Part shown: positions 1-16,100 of the stretch, piece by piece | How the letters are laid out: the number at the start of each line of letters is the position of its first letter | How positions within the stretch are numbered: position 1 is the first letter of the stretch | The notes under the pieces: generated by a model | Told to the model about the DNA's origin: nothing | Databases searched by the model: none | The model's input: only the letters and a program-made list of their open reading frames with translations | Made by a program: the position numbers and the translations under genes | NCBI GenBank assembly: GCA_964035545.1 | Contig: CAXIUT010000230.1 | Location: 1,054,001-1,118,000 of the forward strand | DNA length: 64,000 nucleotides | DNA from: Bugula neritina | Taxonomy: Eukaryota > Animalia > Bryozoa | Direction of reading: 5' to 3'

Positions 1-3000
1 CCTTGAAAAATACTGCAACATACAAAATATACTGCAAGTGGTGCAACATACTGAAATACAATGTGACACACTGGAATACACTGCAACATACTGCAAGATA
101 CTGCAACGTACGGAAATACAGTGTAACTTATTGAATTACAGTGCATCATACTGCAACATACTGAGATACACTGGAACATATTGATATACACTGCAACACA
201 TTGAAATATACTGCAACCCACTGAACCATATGACAACATACCGAAATTTACTGCGACACACTGAAAAACTTTGCAACATACGAATTATACTTCAAGTGGT
301 GCAACATTCTGAAATACAATGTGACACACTGAAATACACTGCAACATACTGCAACATACTGCAACATACTGAAATGTTGTGCGACACATTGAAATATACT
401 GCAACATATTGAAATATACTGTAACATACTGCAACATACTAAAATACACTGCAACATACTGAAATACATTGCAACACATTAAAATATACTGCGACATACT
501 GAAACATACTGCAACACGCTGAAATATACTGCAACATACTGAAATACACTATAACATATTGAAATATACTGCAACATACTGAATTACACTCTAACATACT
601 GAAATATGCTGTAGCATACTGAAATACACTGCAACACACTGAAGTATACTGTAATACACTGAAATGTAATGCAACATACTGAATTATACTGCAACATAGT
701 GCAACATACTGAAATACACTGTGACACACTGAAATACACTGAAACATAATGCAACATACTGCAACATACTGAAATACACTGTAACATATCGAAATACACT
801 GCAACATACTGCAACATACTGCAACATACTGAAATACACTACAACATACTGCAACATACTGAAATACACTGGAACATATTGAAATACACTGCGACACATT
901 GAAACATACTGCAACATACTGAAATATACTGCAAGATACTGCAACATACTGAAACAGACTGTGACATACTGAAATACACTGCAACATGCTGCAAGATACC
1001 GCAACCTACTGAAATACACTGAAACATATTGAAATACACTGCATCATACTGCAACATACTGAATTACACTGGAGCATATTGATATACACTGCAACACATT
1101 GAAATATACTGCAACATACTGAAATACACTATAACATATTGAAACATAATGCAACATACTGCAACATACTGAAATACACTGTAACATATCGAAATACACT
1201 GCAACATACTGCAACATACTGCAACATACTGAAATACACTACAACATACTGCAACATACTGAAATACACTGGAACATATTGAAATACACTGCGACACATT
1301 GAAACATACTGCAACATACTGAAATATACTGCAAGATACTGCAACATACTGAAACAGACTGTGACATACTGAAATACACTGCAACATACTGCAAGATACC
1401 GCAACCTACTGAAATACGCTGAAACATATTGAAATACACTGCATCATACTGCAACATACTGAATTACACTGGAACATATTGATATACACTGCAACACATT
1501 GAAATATACTGCAACATACTGAAATACACTATAACATATTGAAATATACTGCAACATACTGAATTACACTCTAACATACTGAAATACGCTGCAGCATACT
1601 GAAATACACTGCAACACACTGAAGTATACTGTAATACACTGAAATGTAAAGCAAAATACTGAATTATACTGCAACATAGTGCAACATACTGAAATACACT
1701 ACAACATACTGAAATACACTGGAACATATTGAAATACACTGCGACACATTGAAACATACTGCAGCATACTGAAATATACTGCAAGATACTGCAACATACT
1801 GAAACAGACTGTGACATACTGAAATACACTGCAACATACTGCAAGATACCGCAACCGACTGAAATACACTGTAACATATTGAAATACACTGCATCATACT
1901 GCAACATACTGAATTACACTGGAACATATTGATATACACTGCAACACATTGAAATATACTGCAACACACTGAAACATACGGCAATATACCGAAATTTACT
2001 GCGACACACTGAAAAATTTTGCAACATACGAATTATACTTCGAGTGGTGCAACATTCTGAAATACAATGTGACACACTGAAATACACTGCAACATACTGC
2101 AACATACTGCAACATACTGAACCATTGTGCGACACATTGAAATATACTGCAACATATTGAAATATACTGTAACATACTGCAACATAATAAAACACACTGC
2201 AACATACTGAAATACATTGCAACACATTAAAATATACTGCGACATACTGAAACATACTGCAACATGCTGAAATATACTGCAACATACTGAATTACACTCT
2301 AACATACTGAAATATGCTGTAGCATACTGAAATACACTGCAACACACTGAAGTATACTGTAATACACTGAAATGTAATGCAACATACTGAATTATACTGC
2401 AACATAGTGCAACATACTGAAATACACTGTGACACACTGAAATACACTGAAACATAATGCAACATACTGCAACATACTGAAATACACTGTAACATATCGA
2501 AATACACTGCAACATACTGCAACATACTGCAACATACTGAAATACACTACAACATACTGCAACATACTGAAATACACTGGGACATATTGAAATACACTGC
2601 GACACATTGAAACATACTGCAACATACTGAAATATACTGCAAGATACTGAATTACACTGGAACATATTGATATACACTGCAACACATTGAAATATACTGC
2701 AACACACTGAAACATACGGCAATATACCAAAATATACTGCGACACCTTGAAAAATACTGCAACATACGAAATATACTGCAAGTGGTGCAACATACTGAAA
2801 TACAATGTCACACACTGGAATACACTGCAACATACTGCAACATACTGCAACATACTGAAATACACTGTAACATATTGAATTACACTGCATCATACTGCAA
2901 CATACTGAAAAACACTGGAACATATTGATATACACTGCAACTCATTGAAATATACTGCAACACACTGCAACATACGGCAGCATACCGAAATATACTGCGA

Positions 3001-4109
3001 CACCTTGAAAAATACTGCAACATACTGAAATATACTGCAAGTGTGGCAACATACTGAAATACACTGTGACATACTGAATTACACTGCATCATACTGCAAC
3101 ATACTGAGATACACTGGAACATATTGATATACACTGCAACACATTGAAATATACTGCAACACACTGAACCATATGACAACATACCAAAATTTACTGCGAC
3201 ACACTGAAAAATTTTGCAACATACGAAATATACTTCAAGTGGTGCAACATTCTGAAATACAATGTGACACACTGAAATACACTGCAACATACTGCAACAT
3301 ACTGCAACATACTGAAATATTGTGCGACACATTGAAATATACTGCAACATATTGAAATATACTGTAACATACTGCAACATACTAAAATACACTGCAACAT
3401 ACGGAAATACATTGCAACACATTAAAATATACTGCGACATACTGAAACATACTGCAACATGCTGAAATATACTGCAACATACTGAAATACACTATAACAT
3501 ATTGAAATATACTGCAACATACTGAATTACACTCTAACATACTGAAATATGCTGTAGCATACTGAAATACACTGCAAAACACTGAAGTATACTGTAATAC
3601 ACTGAAATGTAATGCAACATACTGAATTATACTGCAACATAGTGCAACATACTGAAATACACTGTGACACACTGAAATACACTGAAACATAATGCAACAT
3701 ACTGCAACATACTGAAATACACTGTAACATATCGAAATACACTGCAACATACTGAAATATGCTGTAGCATACTGAAATACACTGCAACACACTGAAGTAT
3801 ACTGTAATACACTGAAATGTGATGCAACATACTGAATTATACTGCAACATAGTGCAACATACTGAAATACACTACAACAATCTGCAACATACTGAAATAC
3901 ACTGGAACATATAGAAATACACTGCGACACATTGAAACATACTGCAACATACTGAAATACACTGGGACACATTGAAATACACTGCAAAATACTGCAACAT
4001 ACTGCAACATACTGAAATACATTGCAACACATTAAAATATACTGCAACATACTGAAACATACTGCAACATACTGAAATATACTGCAACACACTGAAACAT
4101 ACGGCAACA

Positions 4110-7100
4110 TACCGAAATAAACTGCGACACGTTGAAAATGACTGCAACATACTGAAATATACTGCGACGCCTTAAAATATACTGCAACATACTGAAATAG
4201 ACTGCAAGTGGTGCAACATACTGAAATACACCGTAACATATCGAAATACACTGCAACATACTGCAACATACTGAAATGCACCGGAACATAATGGAATACC
4301 CTGCAACACATTGAAATATACTGCAACAGACTGAAACATAAGGTAACACAATGAAGTATACTGCGACACGTTAATATATACTGCAACATACTGAAATATA
4401 CTGCAACATACTGAAATGTAATGTAATATACAGAAATGTACTGTAACATACTGAATTATACTGCAACATAGTGCAACATACTGAAATACACTACAACAAA
4501 CTGCAACATACTGAAATACACCGGAACATATTGAAATACATTGCGACACATTGAAACATACTGCAACATACTGAAATACACTGAGACACATTGAAATATA
4601 CTGTAACATACTGCAACATACTAAAATACACTGCAACACATTAAAATATACTGCAACATACTGAAACATACTGCAACATACTGAAATACACTGTGACACA
4701 CTGAAATACACTGCAACATACTGCAACATACTGCAACATACTGAATTACACTGGAACATATTGATATACACTGCAACACATTGAAATATACTGCAACACA
4801 CTGAACCATATGGCAACATACCGAAATTTACTGCGACACACTGAAAAATACTGCAACATACGAATTATACTTCAAGTGGTGCAACATACTGAAATACATT
4901 GTGACACACTGAAATACACTGCAACATACTGCAACATACTGCAACATACTAAAATACACCGCAACACATTAAAATATACTGCAACATACTGAAACATACT
5001 GCAACATACTGAAATACACTGTGACACACTGAAATACACTGCAACATACTGCAACATACTGCAACATACTGAATTACACTGGAACATATTGATATACACT
5101 GCAACACATTGAAATATGCTGCAACACACTGAACCATATGGCAACATACCGAAATTTACTGCGACACACTGAAAAATACAGCAACATACGAATTATACTT
5201 CAAGTGGTGCAACATACTGAAATACAATGTGACACACTGAAATACACTGCAACATACTGCAACATACTGCAACATACTGAAATATTGTGCGACACATTGA
5301 AATATACTGCAACGTATTGAAATATACTGTAACATACTGCAACATACTAAAATACACTGCAACATACTGAAATACATTGCAACACATTAAAATATACTGC
5401 GACATACTGAAACATACTGCAACATGCTGAAATATACTGCAACATACTGAAATACACCATCACACATTGAAATATACTGCGACATACTGAATTACACTCT
5501 AACATACTGAAATATGCTGTAGCATACTGAAATACACTGCAACACACTGAAGTATACTGTAATACACTGAAATGTAATGCAACATACTGAATTATACTGC
5601 AACATAGTGCAACATACTGAAATACACTACAACATACTGCAACATACTGAAATACACTGGAACATATTGAAATACACTGGACACATTGAAACATACTGCA
5701 ACATACTGAAGTATACTGCAAGATACTGCAACATACTGAAACAGACTGTGACATACTGAAATACACTGCAACATACGGCAAGATACCGCAACCTACTGAA
5801 ATACACTGTAACATATTGAAATACACTGCATCATACTGCAACATACTGAATTACACTGGAACATATTGATATACACTGCAACACATTGAAATATACTGCA
5901 ACACACTGAAACATACGGCAATATACCAAAATATACTGCGACACCTTGAAAAGTACTGCAACATACGAAATATACTGCAAGTGGTGCAACATACTGAAAT
6001 ACAATGTGACACACTGGAATACACTGCAACATACTGCAACATACTGCAACGAACAGAAATACAGTGTAACTTATTGAATTACACTGCATCATACTGCAAC
6101 ATACTGAGATACACTGGAACATATCGACATACACTGCAACACATTGAAATATACTGCAACACACTGAACCATATGGCAACATACCGAAATTTACTGCGAC
6201 ACACTGAAAAATACTGCAACATACGAATTATACTTCAAGTGGTGCAACATACTGAAATACAATGTGACACACTGAAATACACTGCAACATATTGCAACAT
6301 ACTGAAATATTGTGCGACACATTGAAATATACTGCAACATGTTGAAATATACTGTAACATACTGCAACATACTAAAATACACTGCAACATACTGAAATAC
6401 ATTGCAACACATTAAAATATACTGCGACATACTGAAACATACTGCAACATGCTGAAATATACTGCAACATACTGAAATACACTATAACATATTGAAATAT
6501 ACTGCAACATACTGAATTACACTCTAACATACTGAAATATGCTGTAGCATACTGAAATACACTGCAACACACTGAAGTATACTGTAATACACTGAAATGT
6601 AATGCAACATACTGAATTATACTGCAACATAGTGCAACATACTGAAATACACTACAACATACTGCAACATACTGAAATACACTGTGACATACTGAATTAC
6701 ACTGCATCATATTGCAACATACTGAGATACACTGGAACATATTGATATACACTGCAACACATTGAAATATACTGCAACACACTGAACCATATGACAACAT
6801 ACCAAAATTTACTGCGACACACTGAAAAATTTTGCAACATACGAAATATACTTCAAGTGGCGCAACATTCTGAAATACAATGTGACACACTGAAATACAC
6901 TGCAACATACTGCAACATACTGCAACATACTGAAATATTGTGCGACACATTGAAATATACTGCAACATATTGAAATATACTGTAACATACTGCAACATAC
7001 TAAAATACACTGCAACATACTGAAATACATTGCAACACATTAAAATATACTGCGACATACTGAAACATACTGCAACATGCTGAAATATACTGCAACATAC

Positions 7101-10100
7101 TGAAATACACTATAACATATTGAAATATACTGCAACATACTGAATTACACTCTAACATACTGAAATATGCTGTAGCATACTGAAATACACTGCAACACAC
7201 TGAAGTATACTGTAATACACTGAAATGTAATGCAACATAGTGAATTATACTGCAACATAGTGCAACATACTGAAATACACTGTGACACACTGAAATACAC
7301 TGAAACATAATGCAACATACTGCAACATACTGAAATACACTGTAACATATCGAAATACACTGCAACATACTGCAACATACTGCAACATACTGAAATACAC
7401 CGTAACATATCAAAATACACTTCAACATACTGCAACATACTGAATTACACTGGAACATATTGATATACACTGCAACACATTGAAATATACTGCAACACAC
7501 TGAAACATACGGCAATATACCAAAATATACTGCGACACCTTGAAAAATACTGCAACATACGAAATATACTGCAAGTGGTGCAACATACTGAAATACAATG
7601 TGACACACTGGAATACACTGCAACATACTGCAACATACTGAAATATTGTGCGACACAATAAAATATACTGCAACATATTGAAGTATACTGTAATATACTG
7701 CAACATACTAAAATACACTGCAACACATTAAAATATACTGCAACATACTGAAACATACTGCAACATACTGAAATACACTGTGACACACTGAAATACACTG
7801 CAACATACTGCAACATACTGCAACATACTAAAATACACTGCAAGACATTAAAATATACTGCAACATACTGAAACATACTGCAACATACTGAAATATACTG
7901 CAACACACTGAAACATACGGCAACATACCGAAATAAACTGCGACACAGTGAAAATTATTTCAACATACTGAAATATACTGCGACGCCTTAAAATATACTG
8001 CAACATACTGAAATAGACTGCAAGTGGTGCAACATACTGAAATACACTGTGACACACTGAAATACACTGCAACATACTGCAACATACTGCAACATACTGA
8101 AATATTGTGCGACACACTGAAATACACTGCAATATACTGCAACATACTGCAACATACTGAATTGCACTGGAACATATTGATATACACTGCAACACATTGA
8201 AATATACTGCAACACACTGAACCATATGGCAACATACCGAAATTTACTGCGACACACTGAAAAATACTGCAACATACGAATTATACTTCAAGCGGTGCAA
8301 CATACTGAAATACAATGTGACACACTGAAATACACTGCAACATAATGCAACATACTGCAACATACTGCAACATACTGAAATATTGTGCGACACATTGAAA
8401 TATACTGCAACGTATTGAAATATACTGTAACATACTGCAACATACTAAAATACACTGCAACATACTGAAATACATTGCAACACATTAAAATATACTGCGA
8501 CATACTGAAACATACTGCAACATGCTGAAATATACTGCAACATACTGAAATACACTATCACATATTGAAATATACTGCAACATACTGAATTACACTCTAA
8601 CATACTGAAATATGCTGTAGCATACTGAAATACACTGCAACACACTGAAGTATACGGTAATACACTGAAATGTAATGCAACATACTGAATTATACTGCAA
8701 CATAGTGCAACATACTGAAATACACTACAACATACTGCATCATACTGAAATACACTGGAACATATTGAAATACACTGCGACACATTGAAACATACTGCAA
8801 CATACTGAAATATACTGCAAGATACTGCAACATACTGAAACAGACTGTGACATACTGAAATACACTGCAACATACTGCAAGATACCGCAACCTACTGAAA
8901 TACACTGTAACATATTGAAATACACTGCATCATACTGCAACATACTGAATTACACTGGAACATATTGATATACACTGCAACACACTGAAATATACTGCAA
9001 CACACTGAAACATACCGCAATATACCAAAATATACTGCGACACCTTGAAAAATACTGCAACATACGAAATATACTGCAAGTGGTGCAACATACTGAAATA
9101 CAATGTGACACACTGGAATACACTGCAACATACTGCAACATACTGCAACATACTGAAATACACTGTAACATATTGAATTACACTGCATCATACTGCAACA
9201 TACTGAAAAACACTGGAACATATTGATATGCACTGCAACTCATTGAAATATACTGCAACACACTGCAACATACGGCAGCATACCGAAATATACTGCGACA
9301 CCTTGAAAAATACTGCAACATACTGAAATATACTGCAAGTGGTGCAACATACTGAATTACACTCTAACATACTGAAATATGCTGTAGCATACTGAAATAC
9401 ACTGCAACACACTGAAGTATACTGTAATACACTGAAATGTAATGCAACATATTGAATTATACTGCAACATAGTGCAACATACTGAAATACACTGTGACAC
9501 ACTGAAATACACTGAAACATAATGCAACATACTGCAACATACTGAAATACACTGTAACTTATCGAAATACACTGCAACATACTGCAACATACTGCAACAT
9601 ACTGAAATACACCGTAACATATCGAAATACACTGCAACATACTGCAACATACTGAAATGCACCGGAACATAATGGAATACCCTGCAGCAGATTGAAATAT
9701 ACTGCGACAGACTGAAACATAAGGTAACACAATGAAGTATACTGCGACACATTAAAATATACTGCAACATACTGAAATATACTGCAACATACTGAAATGT
9801 AATGTAATATACAGAAATGTACTGTAACATACTGAATTACACTCTAACATACTGAAACATGCTGTAGCATACTGAAATACACTGCAACACACTGAAGTAT
9901 ACTGTAATACACTGAAATGTGATGCAACATACTGAATTATACTGCAACATAGTGCAACATACTGAAATACACTACAACAAACTGCAACATACTGAAATAC
10001 ACTGGAACATATTGAAATACATTGCGACACATTGAAACATACTGCAACATACTGAAATACACTGAGACACATTGAAAGATACTGTAACATACTGCAACAT

Positions 10101-13100
10101 ACTAAAATACACTGCAACACATTAAAATATACTGCAACATACTGAAACATACTGCAACATACTGAAATACACTGTGACACACTGAAATACACTGCAACAT
10201 ACTGCAACATACTACAACATACTGAATTACACTGGAACATATTGATATACACTGCAACACATTGAAATATACTGCAACACACTGAACCATATGGCAACAT
10301 ACCGAAATTTACTGCGACACACTGAAAAATACTGCAACATACGAATTATACTTCAAGTGGTGCAACATACTGAAATACAATGTGACACACTGAAATACAC
10401 TGCAACATACTGCAACATACTGTAACATACTAAAATACACCGCAACACATTAAAATATACTGCAACATACTGAAACATACTGCAACATACTGAAATACAC
10501 TGTGACACACTGAAATACACTGCAACATACTGCAACATACTGCAACATACTGAATTACACTGGAACATACTGATATACACTGCAACACATTGAAATATAC
10601 TGCAACACACTGAACCATATGGCAACATACCGAAATTTACTGCGACACACTGAAAAATACAGCAACATACGAATTATACTTCAAGTGGTGCAACATACTG
10701 AAATACAATGTGACACACTGAAATACACTGCAACATACTGCAACATACTGCAACATACTGAAATATTGTGCGACACATTGAAATATACTGCAACGTATTG
10801 AAATATACTGTAACATACTGCAACATACTAAAATACACTGCAACATACTGAAATACATTGCAACACATTAAAATATACTGCGACATACTGAAACATACTG
10901 CAACATGCTGAAATATACTGCAACATACTGAAATACACCATCACATATTGAAATATACTGCAACATACTGAATTACACTCTAACATACTGAAATATGCTG
11001 TAGCATACTGAAATACACTGCAACACACTGAAGTATACTGTAATACACTGAAATGTAATGCAACATACTGAATTATACTGCAACATAGTGCAACATACTG
11101 AAATACACTACAACATACTGCAACATACTGAAATACACTGGAACATATTGAAATACACTGCGCCACATTGAAACATACTGCAACATACTGAAGTATACTG
11201 CAAGATACTGCAACATACTGAAACAGACTGTGACATACTGAAATACACTGCAACATACTGCAAGATACCGCAACCTACTGAAATACACTGTAACATATTG
11301 AAATACACTGCATCATACTGCAACATACTGAATTACACTGGAACATATTGACATACACTGCAACACATTGAAATATACTGCAACACACTGAAACATACGG
11401 CAATATACCAAAATATACTGCGACACCTTGAAAAATACTGCAACATACGAAATATACTGCAAGTGGTGCAACATACTGAAATATAATGTGACACACTGGA
11501 ATACACTGCAACATACTGCAACATACTGCAACGAACGGAAATACAGTGTAACTTATTGAATTACACTGCATCATACTGCAACATACTGAGATACACTGGA
11601 ACATAACGATATACACTGCAACACATTGAAATATACTGCAACACACTGAACCATATGGCAACATACCGAAATTTACTGCGACACACTGAAAAATACTGCA
11701 ACATACGAATTATACTTCAAGTGGTGCAACATACTGAAATACAATGTGACACACTGAAATACACTGCAACATATTGCAACATACTGAAATATTGTGCGAC
11801 ACATTGAGATATACTGCAACATATTGAAATATACTATAACATACTGCAACATACTAAAATACACTGCAACATACTGAAATACATTGCAACACATTAAAAT
11901 ATACTGCGACATACTGAAACATACTGCAACATGCTGAAATATACTGCAACATACTGAAATACACTATAACATATTGAAATATACTGCAACATACTGAATT
12001 ACACTCTAACATACTGAAATATGCTGTAGCATACTGAAATACACTGCAACACACTGAAGTATACTGTAATACACTGAAATGTAATGCAACATACTGAATT
12101 ATACTGCAACATAGTGCAACATACTGAAATACACTACAACATACTGCAACATACTGAAATACACTGGAACATATTGAAATACACTGCGACACATTGAAAC
12201 ATACTGCAACATACTGAAGTATACTGCAAGATACTGCAACATACTGAAACAGACTGTGACATACTGAAATACACTGCAACATACTGCAAGATACCGCAAC
12301 CTACTGAAATACACTGTAACATATTGAAATACACTGCATCATACTGCAACATACTGAATTACACTGGAACATATTGATATACACTGCAACACATTGAAAT
12401 ATACTGCAACACACTGAAACATACGGCAATATACCAAAATATACTGCGACACCTTGAAAAATACTGCAACATACGAAATATACTGCAAGTGGTGCAACAT
12501 ACTGAAATACAATGTGACACACTTGAATACACTGCAACATACTGCAACATACTGAAATAATGTGCGACACAATAAAATATACTGCAACATATTGAAATAT
12601 ACTGTAATATACTGCAACATACTAAAATACACTGCAACACATTAAAATATACTGCAACATACTGAAACATACTGCAACATACTGAAATACACTGTGACAC
12701 ACTGAAATACACTGCAACATACTGCAACATACTGCAACATACTAAAATACACTGCAAGACATTAAAATATACTGCAACATACTGAAACATACTGCAACAT
12801 ACTGAAATAAACTGCGACACGTTGAAAATGACTGCAACATACTGAAATATACTGCGACGCCTTAAAATATACTGCAACATACTGAAATAGACTGCAAGTG
12901 GTGCAACATACTGAAATACACCGTAACATATCGAAATACACTGCAACATACTGCAACATACTGAAATGCACCGGAACATAATGGAATACCCTGCAACACA
13001 TTGAAATATACTGCAACAGACTGAAACATAAGGTAACACAATGAAGTATACTGCGACACGTTAATATATACTGCAACATACTGAAATATACTGCAACATA

Positions 13101-16100
13101 CTGAAATGTAATGTAATATACAGAAATGTACTGTAACATACTGAATTATACTGCAACATAGTGCAACATACTGAAATACACTACAACAAACTGCAACATA
13201 CTGAAATACACTGGAACATATTGAAATACATTGCGACACATTGAAACATACTGCAACATACTGAAATACACTGAGACACATTGAAATATACTGTAACATA
13301 CTGCAACATACTAAAATACACTGCAACACATTAAAATATACTGCAACATACTGAAACATACTGCAACATACTGAAATACACTGTGACACACTGAAATACA
13401 CTGCAACATACTGCAACATACTGCAACATACTGAATTACACTGGAACATATTGATATACACTGCAACACATTGAAATATACTGCAACACACTGAACCATA
13501 TGGCAACATACCGAAATTTACTGCGACACACTGAAAAATACTGCAACATACGAATTATACTTCAAGTGGTGCAACATACTGAAATACAATGTGACACACT
13601 GAAATACACTGCAACATACTGCAACATACTGCAACATACTAAAATTCACCGCAACACATTAAAATATACTGCAACATACTGAAACATACTGCAACATACT
13701 GAAATACACTGTGACACACTGAAATACACTGCAACATACTGCAACATACTGCAACATACTGAATTACACTGGAACATATTGATATACACTGCAACACATT
13801 GAAATATGCTGCAACACACTGAACCATATGGCAACATACCGAAATTTACTGCGACACACTGAAAAATACAGCAACATACGAATTATACTTCAAGTGGTGC
13901 AACATACTGAAATACAATGTGACACACTGAAATACACTGCAACATACTGCAACATACTGCAACATACTGAAATATTGTGCGACACATTGAAATATACTGC
14001 AACGTATTGAAATATACTGTAACATACTGCAACATACTAAAATACACTGCAACATACTGAAATACATTGCAACACATTAAAATATACTGCGACATACTGA
14101 AACATACTGCAACATGCTGAAATATACTGCAACATAATGAAATACACCATCACATATTGAAATATACTGCAACATACTGAATTACACTCTAACATACTGA
14201 AATATGCTGTAGCATACTGAAATACACTGCAACACACTGAAGTATACTGTAATACACTGAAATGTAATGCAACATACTGAATTATACTGCAACATAGTGC
14301 AACATACTGAAATACACTGTGACACACTGAAATACACTGAAACATAATGCAACATACTGCAACATACTGAAATACACTGTAACATATCGAAATACACTGC
14401 AACATACTGCAACATACTGCAACATACTGAAATACACCGTAACATATCGAAATACACTTCAACATACTGCAACATACTGAATTACACTGGAACATATTGA
14501 TATACACTGCAACACATTGAAATATACTGCAACACACTGAAACATACGGCAATATACCAAAATATACTGCGACACCTTGAAAAATACTGCAACATACGAA
14601 ATATACTGCAAGTGGTGCAACATACTGAAATACAATGTGACACACTGGAATACACTGCAACATACTGCAACATACTGAAATATTGTGCGACACAATAAAA
14701 TATACTGCAACATATTGAAATATACTGTAATATACTGCAACATACTAAAATACACTGCAACACATTAAAATATACTGCAACATACTGAAACATACTGCAA
14801 CATACTGAAATACACTGTGACACACTGAAATACACTGCAACATAATGCAACATACTGCAACATACTGCAACATACTGAAATATTGTGCGACACATTGAAA
14901 CATACTGCAACATACTGAAATACACTGAGACACATTGAAATATACTGTACCATACTGCAACATACTAAAATACACTGCAACACATTAAAATATACTGCAA
15001 CATACTGAAACATACTGCAACATACTGAAATACACTGTGACACACTGAAATACACTGCAACATACTGCAACATACTGCAACATACTGAATTACACTGGAA
15101 CATATTGATATACACTGCAACACATTGAAATATGCTGCAACACACTGAACCATATGGCAACATACCGAAATTTACTGCGACACACTGAAAAATACTGCAA
15201 CATACGAATTATACTTCAAGTGGTGCAACATACTGAAATACAATGTGACACACTGAAATACACTGCAACATACTGCAACATACTGTAACATACTAAAATA
15301 CACCGCAACACATTAAAATATACTGCAACATACTGAAACATACTGCAACATACTGAAATACACTGTGACACACTGAAATACACTGCAACATACTGCAACA
15401 TACTGCAACATACTGAATTACACTGGAACATATTGATATACACTGCAACACATTGAAATATACTGCAACACACTGAACCATATGGCAACATACCGAAATT
15501 TACTGCGACACACTGAAAAATACAGCAACATACGAATTATACTTCAAGTGGTGCAACATACTGAAATACAATGTGACACACTGAAATACACTGCAACATA
15601 CTGCAACATACTGCAACATACTGAAATATTGTGCGACACATTGAAATATACTGCAACGTATTGAAACATACTGTAACATACTGCAACATACTAAAATACA
15701 CTGCAACATACTGAAATACATTGCAACATATTAAAATATACTGCGACATACTGAAACATACTGCAACATGCTGAAATATACTGCAACATACTGAAATACA
15801 CCATCACATATTGAAATATACTGCAACATACTGAATTACACTCTAACATACTGAAATATGCTGTAGCATACTGAAATACACTGCAACACACTGAAGTATA
15901 CTGTAATACACTGAAATGTAATGCAACATACTGAATTATACTGCAACATAGTGCAACATACTGAAATACACTACAACATACTGCAACATACTGAAATACA
16001 CTGGAACATATTGAAATACACTGCGCCACATTGAAACATACTGCAACATACTGAAGTATACTGCAAGATACTGCAACATACTGAAACAGACTGTGACATA

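Noticed and set aside
4861-4890. CENP-B box in the caagtggtg motif
   Set aside because: It does not match the TTCG....A..CGGG core.
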